From assembly GCA_902609285.1 (NCBI GenBank), contig CACLRL010000005.1, positions 1-63,537 on the forward strand: a stretch of DNA of 63,537 nt, in the 5' to 3' direction. The notes under the pieces were generated by a model. The model did no database searches and was not told the origin of the DNA. It saw nothing but the letters and a program-made list of their open reading frames with translations. The translations under genes were made by a program, and so were the position numbers. This document shows positions 35,794 to 45,501 of the stretch, piece by piece; positions within the stretch are counted from its first letter, which is position 1, and every line of letters begins with the position of its first letter. This DNA comes from an uncultured Candidatus Actinomarina sp. (GTDB taxonomy: Bacteria > Actinomycetota > Acidimicrobiia > Actinomarinales > Actinomarinaceae).

Positions 35794-36927
35794 TTAAGCT
35801 CCTCTTTCAACAGCTAATCTTGCCGCAGAATCCATTGATTCTTCGATAAAAATTTTCTCATTTGGATTATTTTTCAGAATTTCTAAACCTTCAGATGAAT
35901 TTGTACCATCTAATCTGATTACAATTGGCCAGACAAGATCTTTACCTTTTGTAGCTTCTACGATACCTTCAGCTACAAGATCACACCTTGTAATTCCCCC
36001 AAAAATATTGATTAACACTGACTTTACATTTTTATCAGCTTCAAGCACTTCTAAAGCTGCACTTACTGTTTCAGCTTTTGCACCACCACCAATATCTAAA
36101 AAGTTTGCAGCATTTCCACCATTTTCAGCAACAACATCGAGAGTCGACATAACTAAGCCAGCACCATTTCCAATTATTCCTACTGATCCATCAAGTTTTA
36201 TAAAATTTAGACCTTTTTCTTTTGCATTTTTTTCAGATTCTGGAATTGGGATTTCTTTTTCAAAATCTTCAAAATATGAATGTTTATACTTTGCATTCAT
36301 GTCTAGTGCTACTTTTGAATCAAGAGCCATAACGCCGGCATCGGTAATAGCTAATGGATTTACTTCAACAAGGTCACAATCACCTTTGACAAACATAAAA
36401 AAAAGATTTTGTATTATATCAGTAATACTTTTTGTATATTCTTGATTTAATTTTGCTTTACCAATAATTTCATGAATAATATCTTCAGTAAGCTCTTCAG
36501 ATGCTCCTATGTGGTGCTTTATCAAATCATCAGGATTATCTTCAGCAACTTTTTCAATGTCCATTCCCCCTTTGGAGCTCAACATGATTAGATACTTTTT
36601 TTCTGATCTGTCTAAAGTAAATGAAATGTAATACTCATCCAAAATTTTTGAAGCTTCTTCAAGTAATAAAATTTCTACAATATGACCCTTAATATCCATC
36701 CCCATTATTTCATTTGAATATTTAATAAGCTCTTCATGATTGTTAGCTATCTTTATACCACCAGCTTTTCCTCTTCCTCCTACTTGAACTTGTGCCTTTA
36801 CAACTATTGGATAATTTAGTTCTACTGATTCTTGAATTTCTATTAGATTTTTTACTAGCTTTGAATTTGGATGTTTGATATCAAATTCTTTATATAACAA
36901 TTTGCCTTGATATTCAAATAAGTCCAT
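35794..36927 (-). CDS. sucC: Succinyl-CoA synthetase beta subunit
   Basis: ATP-grasp N-terminus (MDLFEYQGK), GGRGKAGG and INIFGGITRCD. Confidence 0.95.
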   Translation of the reverse strand: MDLFEYQGKLLYKEFDIKHPNSKLVKNLIEIQESVELNYPIVVKAQVQVGGRGKAGGIKIANNHEELIKYSNEIMGMDIKGHIVEILLLEEASKILDEYYISFTLDRSEKKYLIMLSSKGGMDIEKVAEDNPDDLIKHHIGASEELTEDIIHEIIGKAKLNQEYTKSITDIIQNLFFMFVKGDCDLVEVNPLAITDAGVMALDSKVALDMNAKYKHSYFEDFEKEIPIPESEKNAKEKGLNFIKLDGSVGIIGNGAGLVMSTLDVVAENGGNAANFLDIGGGAKAETVSAALEVLEADKNVKSVLINIFGGITRCDLVAEGIVEATKGKDLVWPIVIRLDGTNSSEGLEILKNNPNEKIFIEESMDSAARLAVERGA

Positions 36928-36973
36928 TACTCCCCCACGAAATTATATGATAACACTTCCAACATTAAAGATA

Positions 36974-39106
36974 TCACTCAAATTCTATTGGTGCCCATTC
37001 AATATCTAAATGTTTAATGCCGTGTTCATTGCCAAAATCTACAGTAATCTCATTTCCATTTACTTCTTTCACGATTCCCGTTCCGTATTTTTTATGTATT
37101 ACTTTTTTTCCAATGCTTTCAACAGTCTCTTTAATATCCTGATGTGATTCCTTATTGACATTTAATTGTTTATAAAAGGGTTTTGCTTCATCTAAGAATC
37201 TGCTTGGTAAGTAGTAATTCGTTCCACCCCACATTGTTCTTGTATTTGAATATGTTAAATATAGTTTTTGTTCAGCTCTTGTCATTCCAACATAGCAAAG
37301 TCTTCTTTCTTCTTGTATCTCAAAATCGGTTTCAGATCTTTGACTTGGAAATATATTTTCTTCCATCCCTGTCATGAACACTGCAGGAAATTCTAACCCT
37401 TTTGCATTATGGAGCGTCATCAGTAAAATTTTATCTTCTTGGTTAACATCATCAGATTCAGTAAATAATGCAATCGATTCTAAATAGTCTCTCAAAACGG
37501 TAAATGGATCCTCAATATCTTCTTCATAAAGATTTTCAAATTCGAATGCAGAAGTTAATAGTTCATCTAAATTTTCAAGTCTCATTTGTGAATCCAGCGT
37601 GCCCTCTTTTATTAATTCGTCTTTATAACCAGTAAGCTCAAGAGTCTTTGTTATTGTTTTTGAAGGGCCTTGCAAAGCAAAAGATTTTAGTTCATTAATA
37701 ATATCAGTAAAGTTTGTGATCTGTTTTTTTACCCTTTCAGATAAATTAGAAATTTGGTCTAAATTATCAATCGATTTTGAAATTGATAAATTGTTCTTAT
37801 TTGCAAAATCTCTTAATTTTTGAAGGGTAGATTCTCCTATACCTCTTTTAGGAACATTTAAAACTCTTTCAAATGAAACTGTGTCATCCGGGTTAATTAG
37901 ATAATTTAAGTAAGATAAAATATCTTTAATTTCTTTCCTGTCATAAAACCTTACGTTACCTACAACTTTGTAATTTAAACTTAGTTTTCTTAACTCTTCT
38001 TCGAATAATCTAGATTGATTATTTGTCCTATAAAAAATTGCAATCTCATTAAATTCATCATTATCTAATTTCTTTTTTATCTCTTCAGCTATCCATCTTG
38101 ATTCATCTCTTTCAGAATTAAATTCAAGCATATTTACATCTAATCCTTCTTCATTTTCAGTCCATAATTTCTTATCTTTTTTTCGTGGGTTGTTTGATAT
38201 AACTGAGTTTGCAATGTCTAAAATTTTTTGTGACGATCGGTAATTTTTTTCTAATGATATAACTTTTGCATTTTTAAAATCTTTTTCAAATTCTTCAATA
38301 TTTCTAATATCTGCACCTCTAAATGCATAAATACTCTGATCAGAATCACCTACAACACATATATTTTTATGTTTTGATGACAATAGTTCTATTAAACGAT
38401 ACTGGACCATGTTTGTATCTTGATATTCATCTATCATGATGAATTGAAATTTTGTAGACCAATAATCTAATGATTTATCACTTGTTTCAAGTAGTTCAAC
38501 TGCTTTAAGTAGGAGATCATCAAAATCCATCGAATTCGCAAGCATTAATTTTTTTTGATAAGCAGAATAAACTTCTGCAACTTTTACATCAAAAAATGAT
38601 TGTGCAAATTCAACAGCTTCTCCTGGAAGGATTCTTTGATTTTTTAAAGCCGAAATATTTGCTTGTATTCTCTTTGGAGCATATTGTTTTGTGTCTATAT
38701 CTGACTCTTTCATACAGTTTCTGATTAATTTTGTTGAATCACTTTGGTCATATATTGTGAAGTTATTATTAAAACCAATAAGATGCCCATGTATTCTTAA
38801 CATTTTGACGCATAGACTATGAAAAGTTGAAATCCATTTTGGAGAGAGTTCAAGATTTAACAAATGACTTATTCTATCTTTCATTTCATTTGCTGCTTTA
38901 TTTGTAAAAGTAATTGCTAATACATTTTCAAAATTGATCCCATATGTTTTTATTAAATGAGCATATCTATATGTTAAAACCCTTGTCTTGCCCGATCCTG
39001 CACCAGCAATTATTAATAAAGGTCCATAGATATTTTCAATTGCTTCTTTTTGTTCATCATTAAGTAACGTCAACCATTCTTCAGGTATTGGTTTTAATTC
39101 ATTCAT
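36974..39106 (-). CDS. pcrA: ATP-dependent DNA helicase PcrA/UvrD
   Basis: SF1 motifs AGAGSGKT, DEYQDTN, VGDSDQSIY, TLHNAKGLEF and YVGMTRA, with a C-terminal Tudor-like tail. Confidence 0.9.
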   Translation of the reverse strand: MNELKPIPEEWLTLLNDEQKEAIENIYGPLLIIAGAGSGKTRVLTYRYAHLIKTYGINFENVLAITFTNKAANEMKDRISHLLNLELSPKWISTFHSLCVKMLRIHGHLIGFNNNFTIYDQSDSTKLIRNCMKESDIDTKQYAPKRIQANISALKNQRILPGEAVEFAQSFFDVKVAEVYSAYQKKLMLANSMDFDDLLLKAVELLETSDKSLDYWSTKFQFIMIDEYQDTNMVQYRLIELLSSKHKNICVVGDSDQSIYAFRGADIRNIEEFEKDFKNAKVISLEKNYRSSQKILDIANSVISNNPRKKDKKLWTENEEGLDVNMLEFNSERDESRWIAEEIKKKLDNDEFNEIAIFYRTNNQSRLFEEELRKLSLNYKVVGNVRFYDRKEIKDILSYLNYLINPDDTVSFERVLNVPKRGIGESTLQKLRDFANKNNLSISKSIDNLDQISNLSERVKKQITNFTDIINELKSFALQGPSKTITKTLELTGYKDELIKEGTLDSQMRLENLDELLTSAFEFENLYEEDIEDPFTVLRDYLESIALFTESDDVNQEDKILLMTLHNAKGLEFPAVFMTGMEENIFPSQRSETDFEIQEERRLCYVGMTRAEQKLYLTYSNTRTMWGGTNYYLPSRFLDEAKPFYKQLNVNKESHQDIKETVESIGKKVIHKKYGTGIVKEVNGNEITVDFGNEHGIKHLDIEWAPIEFE

Positions 39107-39117
39107 AAAAGAAGAAA

Positions 39118-40089
39118 CTAAATTCCTAAAGCTGAGTTAATTTCATCCATTGTTTTTTTTGCAGAATCTTTAACTTCCTCAAGATTATTCTTAATTAATG
39201 ATGCAATGTCACCATTACTCATTGAGTTATATTTTTCTCTAATTGGTTCTAAGTAACTTATAACGCTTTCGCCAACTTCAATTTTAAATTCTCCATACTT
39301 TAGATTCTCAAATTTATTCTCTACTTCTTCATGGGATAAATCGTTAAGAGATGAGTAAATGTCAATTAAATTACTGATACCTTTTTTACTATCAGCATCA
39401 AATTTAATTACATCATCAGAATCAGTAACTGATGATTTAAATTTCTTAATAATTTCATCTTTAGAATCATCAAAATATATCGTTCCGTTTAAGTCATCAT
39501 TACTTTTAGACATTTTATTTTCAGGATGGCGCAAGGACATCAATCTTGCTCCTACTTTTCCTGTTTTTCTTTCTGGCAACGGAAAAACTTCTCCATACGT
39601 ATTGTTAAATCTCTCAACTATGTTTCTTGTAAGCTCAAGATGTTGAGTCTGATCATCTCCAACGGGAACTTCGTTAGCTTTATGGATTAAAATATCGGCT
39701 GCCATCAAAATTGGATAAGTTAGGATTCCAGCATGGTTGCCTAATTGATCTGCCTTTTCTTTAAATTGAGTCATCCTTTGCAACTCCCCAATTTGGCAAA
39801 AATTTGATAATATCCAACAGAGTTGCACATGTTCTGAAACATTACTTTGAATATAAATATTGGAATTTTTTAAATTAATTCCAGAAGCAACAAGAACTTT
39901 TATAGTTTCAAATATATTTTCTTCCATTGTTTCAGGATTTGGATGTGTAGTCAACGAATGAAGGTCTACAACACAAAAGTAATTTTTATTTTCTTCATTA
40001 GACAACTCAACCCAATTATTGATAGCACCTAGTAAATTACCAAGATGAACTTTTCCAGTAGGTTGAATTCCTGAAAAAACTGTTTTCAT
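39118..40089 (-). CDS. trpS: Tryptophan--tRNA ligase
   Basis: Class I HIGH-like motif (GKVHLGN), KMSKS and GDDQTQH. Confidence 0.95.
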   Translation of the reverse strand: MKTVFSGIQPTGKVHLGNLLGAINNWVELSNEENKNYFCVVDLHSLTTHPNPETMEENIFETIKVLVASGINLKNSNIYIQSNVSEHVQLCWILSNFCQIGELQRMTQFKEKADQLGNHAGILTYPILMAADILIHKANEVPVGDDQTQHLELTRNIVERFNNTYGEVFPLPERKTGKVGARLMSLRHPENKMSKSNDDLNGTIYFDDSKDEIIKKFKSSVTDSDDVIKFDADSKKGISNLIDIYSSLNDLSHEEVENKFENLKYGEFKIEVGESVISYLEPIREKYNSMSNGDIASLIKNNLEEVKDSAKKTMDEINSALGI

Positions 40090-40148
40090 ATGTGCTATTC
40101 TAATAAACTAAATCAAAATGGAGTAATTTTATAAAATCCTATTCACCA

Positions 40149-41036
40149 ATGTCTCCATATGCAGGATTAAGAAATATTCTTCTTATTGGATCTCTTTTTG
40201 GTTTTCATGGCTTATTGAATAGAAGCTTATTAATAGACAATGTAAATGAAATATTTATTGTTACAGCAAGAATAACGATTGTTGCTTTCTTGTTAGGAAT
40301 TTATTGTGCAAAAGACTTTATAAAAGAAATCAATATATCTTTTTTTCTTAAAGGAAGTTTGACTGGAATTCTCGCAATTTTTATTCCCGGATGGACATTT
40401 ATTTATGCTTTAAAACACATTTCTTCTGGATTGCAAAGTATTTTTATATCCACAATTCCTTTATTCACTGTTTTTTGGGTATTTTTATTTTTTAAGGAAG
40501 AAAAAATAACAAAATTAAAAATAATATCTGTCTTGGTTGGATTATTAGGATTAGTCTTGCTTTTTCTTTCAGGATCAACAGGACTATCTAATGAAGGCAA
40601 TCTACTTACTGGCGGGGTGTTAGCATTAATTGGTGTCCAAGGATTAGCACTTAGCAACATAACTAATAAAAAACATTCTCAATATATACCAGCCAAAACT
40701 TATTTATTTACACAGTGGCTCGTTGGAGGATTTATATCCATAATTTTATTTTTTATTCTAGGTGGCGAGTTTGAAGTACTAGATTCCTTTAAACTATTTC
40801 GACTTATTGGCTTAGTTTTTATCGACATTTTTAACTACTCGTTATTTTTTTATACAATAAAAAGATTGTCAGCAACATTTACTACTTTAGTTGATTATGT
40901 AGTGCCAACTGTGGGAATAGCGGTGGGATATCTGTTTTTAGATGAAATTGTAAACAATATTTTTTATGTAACTCTCATGCTTATTTTTATTTCACTTTAC
41001 CTTGCAGTAAAAGATGAGGCTGAAAGTTTAACCTAA
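40149..41036 (+). CDS. EamA/DMT-family transporter
   Basis: 295 aa, 10 TM helices, two EamA-like repeats. Confidence 0.7.
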   Translation: MSPYAGLRNILLIGSLFGFHGLLNRSLLIDNVNEIFIVTARITIVAFLLGIYCAKDFIKEINISFFLKGSLTGILAIFIPGWTFIYALKHISSGLQSIFISTIPLFTVFWVFLFFKEEKITKLKIISVLVGLLGLVLLFLSGSTGLSNEGNLLTGGVLALIGVQGLALSNITNKKHSQYIPAKTYLFTQWLVGGFISIILFFILGGEFEVLDSFKLFRLIGLVFIDIFNYSLFFYTIKRLSATFTTLVDYVVPTVGIAVGYLFLDEIVNNIFYVTLMLIFISLYLAVKDEAESLT

Positions 41037-41537
41037 ATTTAAATTCAATAAATTTCTTGTCATATGCGCTGTTGCGCCCCAAAGAATCTGATCATTAAAC
41101 TTAAAAATCCAATCATTATCATAGTTACCCCTAAATTCCCAATTATTTAAATTATCTAAATCTGATATTTTTAGTAAGTAAAAATCTTGAACTTCATGTT
41201 TGTTAATTTTTATAGGATTATCAAAACTTTCACAAACAATTGGGAAGACTTTAAATTTATATTCAACAGTATCTACAGGATCTAATACTCCAAAAGGACG
41301 AATTGACGATGGATTTAAGAAGAGTTCTTCTTGAACCTCTCTTAAAGCGGTAGTAACTATGTCACTATCAGATTCTTCTTTTTTTCCGCCTGGGAAAGCA
41401 ATATCTCCTTTGTGAGTTGGTAAATTGTTAGATCTTTTTATATATAAAATTTCTTTTTCACTGTTTATGAGAATTGCAACTGATGCATAATCTTCATCAT
41501 ATATTGGGAAAGGTTTTTCTAAATGTTTGAAATTCAA
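41028..41537 (-). CDS. NUDIX hydrolase (CoA pyrophosphatase-like)
   Basis: Nudix box GGKKEESDSDIVTTALREVQEEL. Confidence 0.7.
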   Translation of the reverse strand: MNFKHLEKPFPIYDEDYASVAILINSEKEILYIKRSNNLPTHKGDIAFPGGKKEESDSDIVTTALREVQEELFLNPSSIRPFGVLDPVDTVEYKFKVFPIVCESFDNPIKINKHEVQDFYLLKISDLDNLNNWEFRGNYDNDWIFKFNDQILWGATAHMTRNLLNLNLG

Positions 41538-41539
41538 AT

Positions 41540-42265
41540 TTAACTATCTGATTTTTCTGCAACAAAGTCAATTTCAATTCCTATAGGATTTAACACTTCC
41601 CATGCATTAAATTTTGTAGGAGCATCAAAACCAAACCACGTTGTATTTACTTCTGTGATTCCTGAAATGTAAATCTGATCATCTTGCATGTATGCAGTTA
41701 TAGAAAAAGGAATGCTGACTTCAATATTCCTTATCGTTAAAATTCCAACTACTGTTTCATCAATTTTTGAGTCAAAATTGTTGTTTGGAAGAACTATTTC
41801 ATCAATCTTATATATTGCACTTGGAAATAATTTAGATTCGAGCCAGTTATTCTTTATTGCGCCATCTCTAATAGAGCTTCCACTTTTTAATGTTGAAAGA
41901 TCGACAGAAATTAGTAAATTCTTAATGTACAAACAAGAATCAGCCTGTTCGCATTCATCTAGCGAAAGTTCAAAACCACCGTTTATCTGATTTGTTGAAC
42001 CCTTAACTATCTCGAAATTAGTATTTAAGAAGTCTTTTGGAGCAAGATAGCTTGCTGTACTTTTTTCTTTATTAATTACATAAAGATTATCTTGAAATTT
42101 ATCTATTTGTTCTATTTCAATTGTTGTAGTTGTTTCATCTTCTTTTGAAATTTGTGTTGTGCTTGTTTGAATATTTTCTGATTCAAAATCAGTTAGAGTA
42201 GCATCCTGTTGTGAGCAAGATGCGAAAAGTAAAATTACAATTGCAAGCTTTGAATATTGTTTCAT
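41540..42265 (-). CDS. YceI-like lipoprotein
   Basis: Lipobox LFASCS and a Thr/Glu-rich linker, then a YceI-like beta-barrel region (..VKGSTNQINGGFEL..). Confidence 0.55.
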   Translation of the reverse strand: MKQYSKLAIVILLFASCSQQDATLTDFESENIQTSTTQISKEDETTTTIEIEQIDKFQDNLYVINKEKSTASYLAPKDFLNTNFEIVKGSTNQINGGFELSLDECEQADSCLYIKNLLISVDLSTLKSGSSIRDGAIKNNWLESKLFPSAIYKIDEIVLPNNNFDSKIDETVVGILTIRNIEVSIPFSITAYMQDDQIYISGITEVNTTWFGFDAPTKFNAWEVLNPIGIEIDFVAEKSDS

Positions 42266-42304
42266 GCATTATATTTTAACTTCTTATAAATGTTAGATTA
42301 AATT

Positions 42305-42889
42305 ATGCAGTTGGTAGTAAGAAAGTATTTTCAGGCAATTATTGGTATTACATTAATTGGTGTTGGTGTAGCTTTTAACTATTTAGCAGATTTAGGCTTA
42401 GGTCCTTGGGGGGTATTCCACGATGGCATTTCAAAAACTATTGGAATAACATATGGACAAGCAGGAATATTAACATCTTTATTAACTCTTTTTTTATGGA
42501 TTCCTTTAAAACAAAAGCCTGGAATAGCAACGATATTTGATGCTTTTTGGATAGGACTTACAGCAGATTACATTATTAATTTAATGAATTTTGCTAACTC
42601 ACTATTTTTTCAATATTTGAGCCTATCAATAGGGATAACACTTATCGGACTAGGTACAGCCATATATGTTGGTGGTGATCTTGGTGCTGGACCAAGAGAT
42701 GGAGTTATGGTTGGACTCGAAGAAAAAGGTTTAAAAATAGGAACAGCTAGAACGTTTATTGAAGCTGTTGCGTTTACCAGTGGATTTTTTCTTGGAGGTA
42801 AGATTGGTATAGCTTCTGTAATTATTGTTTTCTCAGTAGGAAGAGTTGTACAATTTTTTATTCCTTATTTTGATTTAAGAAAAAAATAA
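42305..42889 (+). CDS. YczE/YitT-like membrane protein
   Basis: Two internal repeats carry GLGPWGVFHDG and GDLGAGPRDG motifs. Confidence 0.5.
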   Translation: MQLVVRKYFQAIIGITLIGVGVAFNYLADLGLGPWGVFHDGISKTIGITYGQAGILTSLLTLFLWIPLKQKPGIATIFDAFWIGLTADYIINLMNFANSLFFQYLSLSIGITLIGLGTAIYVGGDLGAGPRDGVMVGLEEKGLKIGTARTFIEAVAFTSGFFLGGKIGIASVIIVFSVGRVVQFFIPYFDLRKK

Positions 42890-42930
42890 TAAATACTCAT
42901 TTCTATTATTCAAGATTATAAAATACCAAT

Positions 42931-43659
42931 ATGGTACAAATAAATTTTCTAACAAAATTAAAAACTTTTATCTTGTTTCCAACATTTTTAATTTTATTTG
43001 GAATATTGATTTTATTTATTATAGCTACAGTAGCTATCCCAAATGGCAAGCAACTTGCAACAAAATTATATAAATTGTTTGGCTGGATGGGATTAAAAAT
43101 GGTTGGAATTAATTTAACGGTATCTGGCCTAGAAAAAATAGATAAAAATAAAAGTTATGTTGTTGTAGGAAATCATCCTTCTACCCTAGACATATTCACA
43201 CATATCTATGGATTGCCGATATCTATTAGATTTTTAACAAAAACTGAACTCTTTAGAATTCCTATTTTTAGTAGAGTGCTTAAAATTCTTGGTTTACCCA
43301 GAATAGATCGTGATAGTACTTCATTAGATCTGAATAAAATAAATGATTCAATTCAATCTGTGATTAATGACGGCAATTCGATAATGGTATTTCCAGAAGG
43401 AAAAAGAAGTAATCAAAAAAAGTTATTACCTTTTAAAAAGGGGGCTGCACATATTGCTAAAGATTTCAACCTTCCGATTCTTCCAATAGTGAGTCACAAT
43501 GCTCATAATTTAATGATTAAAGGTAAAGTTTGGTTTATATCAGGCGATATTCATTTAGATGTTTTAGATCCAGTTGAATCTAACGATGATTTAGATATTG
43601 ATAAAATAACAGAATTATTGTTTGAAAGAATTGACCAAGCTTTAACTGTTGATAAATGA
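42931..43659 (+). CDS. plsC: 1-acyl-sn-glycerol-3-phosphate acyltransferase
   Basis: NHPSTLD (NHxxxxD) and FPEGKRS motifs following an N-terminal TM helix. Confidence 0.8.
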   Translation: MVQINFLTKLKTFILFPTFLILFGILILFIIATVAIPNGKQLATKLYKLFGWMGLKMVGINLTVSGLEKIDKNKSYVVVGNHPSTLDIFTHIYGLPISIRFLTKTELFRIPIFSRVLKILGLPRIDRDSTSLDLNKINDSIQSVINDGNSIMVFPEGKRSNQKKLLPFKKGAAHIAKDFNLPILPIVSHNAHNLMIKGKVWFISGDIHLDVLDPVESNDDLDIDKITELLFERIDQALTVDK

Positions 43660-44184
43660 ATTTATAAAGGTACGATAACTTGAACTTAATTTCTTATTTG
43701 ATTCAAAATCATCAACCTTATTTTCCTCATTAAAGAGATAAAATTCATCATAAACATCAAGTCCATAGTTTTTAAGTTGTTCTTTGAGTAAGATAAATGA
43801 ATTTTTTGCATTATTTCCTTTTCCATCAACTGATGAAACAACTGCAACTGTTTTATTTTTAAATAATTCGTTATATGAATATTTATCAAAACTTAATGAA
43901 AGCCAATCTAATATGTTTTTTAAATGTGAAACATAACCACCATTGAACACTGGACTAAAAAGTATGATTTTAGAGCTATTAATTAAATCGTTTCTTACAT
44001 CGATTACATAATCAGGTTGTTTATCATTGTAATCTTTTAAAAAGGGAATACCTTCATAGAAATGATCATAGAGTGAACAATCAATTTTTAATTCATTAAC
44101 TAAAAAGTCATCAGTAATATTTGCTATTTTATTATTTTTTGACTCAACGCGTGTTCCAGCTGACAATAATAATATTTTTGACAT
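43642..44184 (-). CDS. NADPH-dependent FMN reductase-like flavodoxin-fold protein
   Basis: KILLLSAGTR start, SPVFNGGY and VSSVDGKG segments. Confidence 0.55.
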   Translation of the reverse strand: MSKILLLSAGTRVESKNNKIANITDDFLVNELKIDCSLYDHFYEGIPFLKDYNDKQPDYVIDVRNDLINSSKIILFSPVFNGGYVSHLKNILDWLSLSFDKYSYNELFKNKTVAVVSSVDGKGNNAKNSFILLKEQLKNYGLDVYDEFYLFNEENKVDDFESNKKLSSSYRTFINSFINS

Positions 44185-44214
44185 AGATTAATTATGTTAT
44201 AAGATACTTTTTAT

Positions 44215-44547
44215 ATGGAAACTAATGTTGAAAAATTTGCCAATTTAGATATAAGAGTTGGCGAAATTTTATCAGCGGAAGTTTTTGAGGAAGCCAAAAA
44301 ACCTGCTTATATTTTAAAAATTGACTTTGGTAAACATATTGGAATAAAAAAAACTAGTGCTCAGATTACTAACTATGACACTAGTGAATTAATCGGTTTC
44401 AAAGTTATAGGAATAGTAAATTTAGGTGACAAGCAAATTGGTCCAATTATTAGTCAATGTTTAATACTTGGTTCTACAGATTCTAATGGCGACGTATTGT
44501 TGCTAAAACCAAGTGAAGGTTCGATAATAGGTGATAAAGTATCTTAA
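44215..44547 (+). CDS. csaA: CsaA/EMAP-type tRNA-binding domain protein
   Basis: LDIRVGEILSAEVFEEAKKPAYILKIDFG is typical of the CsaA OB-fold. Confidence 0.8.
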   Translation: METNVEKFANLDIRVGEILSAEVFEEAKKPAYILKIDFGKHIGIKKTSAQITNYDTSELIGFKVIGIVNLGDKQIGPIISQCLILGSTDSNGDVLLLKPSEGSIIGDKVS

Positions 44548-45017
44548 GAAATTATTGAGTTAAACTTCTCAATATTAAAATTACCAACTCGTTTGTATAT
44601 TTTTTCACCAGTTGAATCAACTAATACATATGTTGGGGTGTACTTTAAATTATATTTTTGTGTAATTTCTAGATAATCTTTCTTAGAAGCATTCACTGAG
44701 ACAATTGGTATCTCGGGGTTTAATTTTTTGAATTCATTAACTATGAATTTTGATGCAGTACAACCTAGTCAATAATCGGAATAGAATTCTATTATTGTGT
44801 AATCAGAATTTGCAAAATTGTGATCATCTAAGACAAGGCTTCTCTTTGAATTAAAAATATACAATGCAAAAAAAGTTCCTAAAACAAAGAAACTTAATAT
44901 ATAGAGTACGATTGATGGTTCAAAAGCAATAAAAAATATAGCTAGTCCAAATATCCATCCCAGTGGTAAATAAATTAGACTGTATCTATTTATGAACTTT
45001 AAAAGTATTTTTTTCAT
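44544..45017 (-). CDS. Membrane-anchored thioredoxin-fold protein with in-frame TGA at the CxxC position (candidate selenoprotein; ORF track stops at 44769)
   Basis: Two TM helices, then ..TIIEFYSDY-[TGA 44771-44769]-LGCTASKFIVNEF..KYTPTYVLVDSTGEKIYKRVG... The same frame stays open for 74 more codons to TAA (44546-44544) and aligns to thioredoxin (F.a.WC..C, cis-Pro TP, G at the end of beta4). Confidence 0.55.
44731..44749 (-). other. Hairpin downstream of the in-frame UGA (possible bSECIS apical stem-loop)
   Basis: The RNA AAUUCAU-AGUUA-AUGAAUU forms a 7 bp stem with a 5 nt loop containing GU. The stem starts 19 nt after the UGA and the loop starts 26 nt after it. The AU-rich stem could occur by chance. 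Confidence 0.3.
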
Positions 45018-45052
45018 GTAATAACAATCTTTTCACAAATTATACTTTAACT

Positions 45053-45463
45053 ATGGATCTGATTAGCAAACTAAAAAAAAATGGCAACAGAATAACTGAA
45101 TCAAGAAGCACAATTTGCAATATATTAGAAGAATCAGGACACGAACACTTCACAGCAGAGGAGTTATATAATTTAGCTTTAAAAAAGGTAAAAGATATAG
45201 ATTTAGCAACTGTTTACAGAACATTGGACATACTTGAGTCGTTAGACATGATTGAGCACTCTCATCAGCAACATGGTTCAGGGATTTATTATTTAAAAAA
45301 ATATGATAAAAATACTCATATTGTTTGCAAGATTTGCAATGCCATTGAAGATATTTCAGTGAATGTTATGGAATCAGTTGAAAAAATTATTGAAAAAAAC
45401 TCAATGTATAAATTAACTGATAATCATTTTGTCTACACAGGTATATGCAAGAATTGTAAATAA
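45053..45463 (+). CDS. Fur-family metalloregulator
   Basis: Winged-helix N-terminus (TVYRTLDILE), HSHQQH, and two CxxC pairs (CKIC, CKNC). Confidence 0.85.
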   Translation: MDLISKLKKNGNRITESRSTICNILEESGHEHFTAEELYNLALKKVKDIDLATVYRTLDILESLDMIEHSHQQHGSGIYYLKKYDKNTHIVCKICNAIEDISVNVMESVEKIIEKNSMYKLTDNHFVYTGICKNCK

Positions 45464-45501
45464 TTATTTTTATTGCAAACCTTTTGCATTAAAATAATAC
45501 T

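Noticed and set aside
40090-40148. I considered a T-box or other leader upstream of trpS.
   Set aside because: The spacer is only 59 nt and shared with a divergent gene, which is far too short for a T-box (about 200 nt or more). No terminator or antiterminator is present.
44769-44771. The in-frame TGA might reflect an alternative genetic code (TGA read as Trp or Gly).
   Set aside because: TGA clearly terminates sdhD (29583-29585, ATGA overlap with sdhA), sdhA (31322-31324) and alr (61989-61991). The standard code 11 therefore applies, and the TGA needs a gene-specific explanation: Sec or a mutation.
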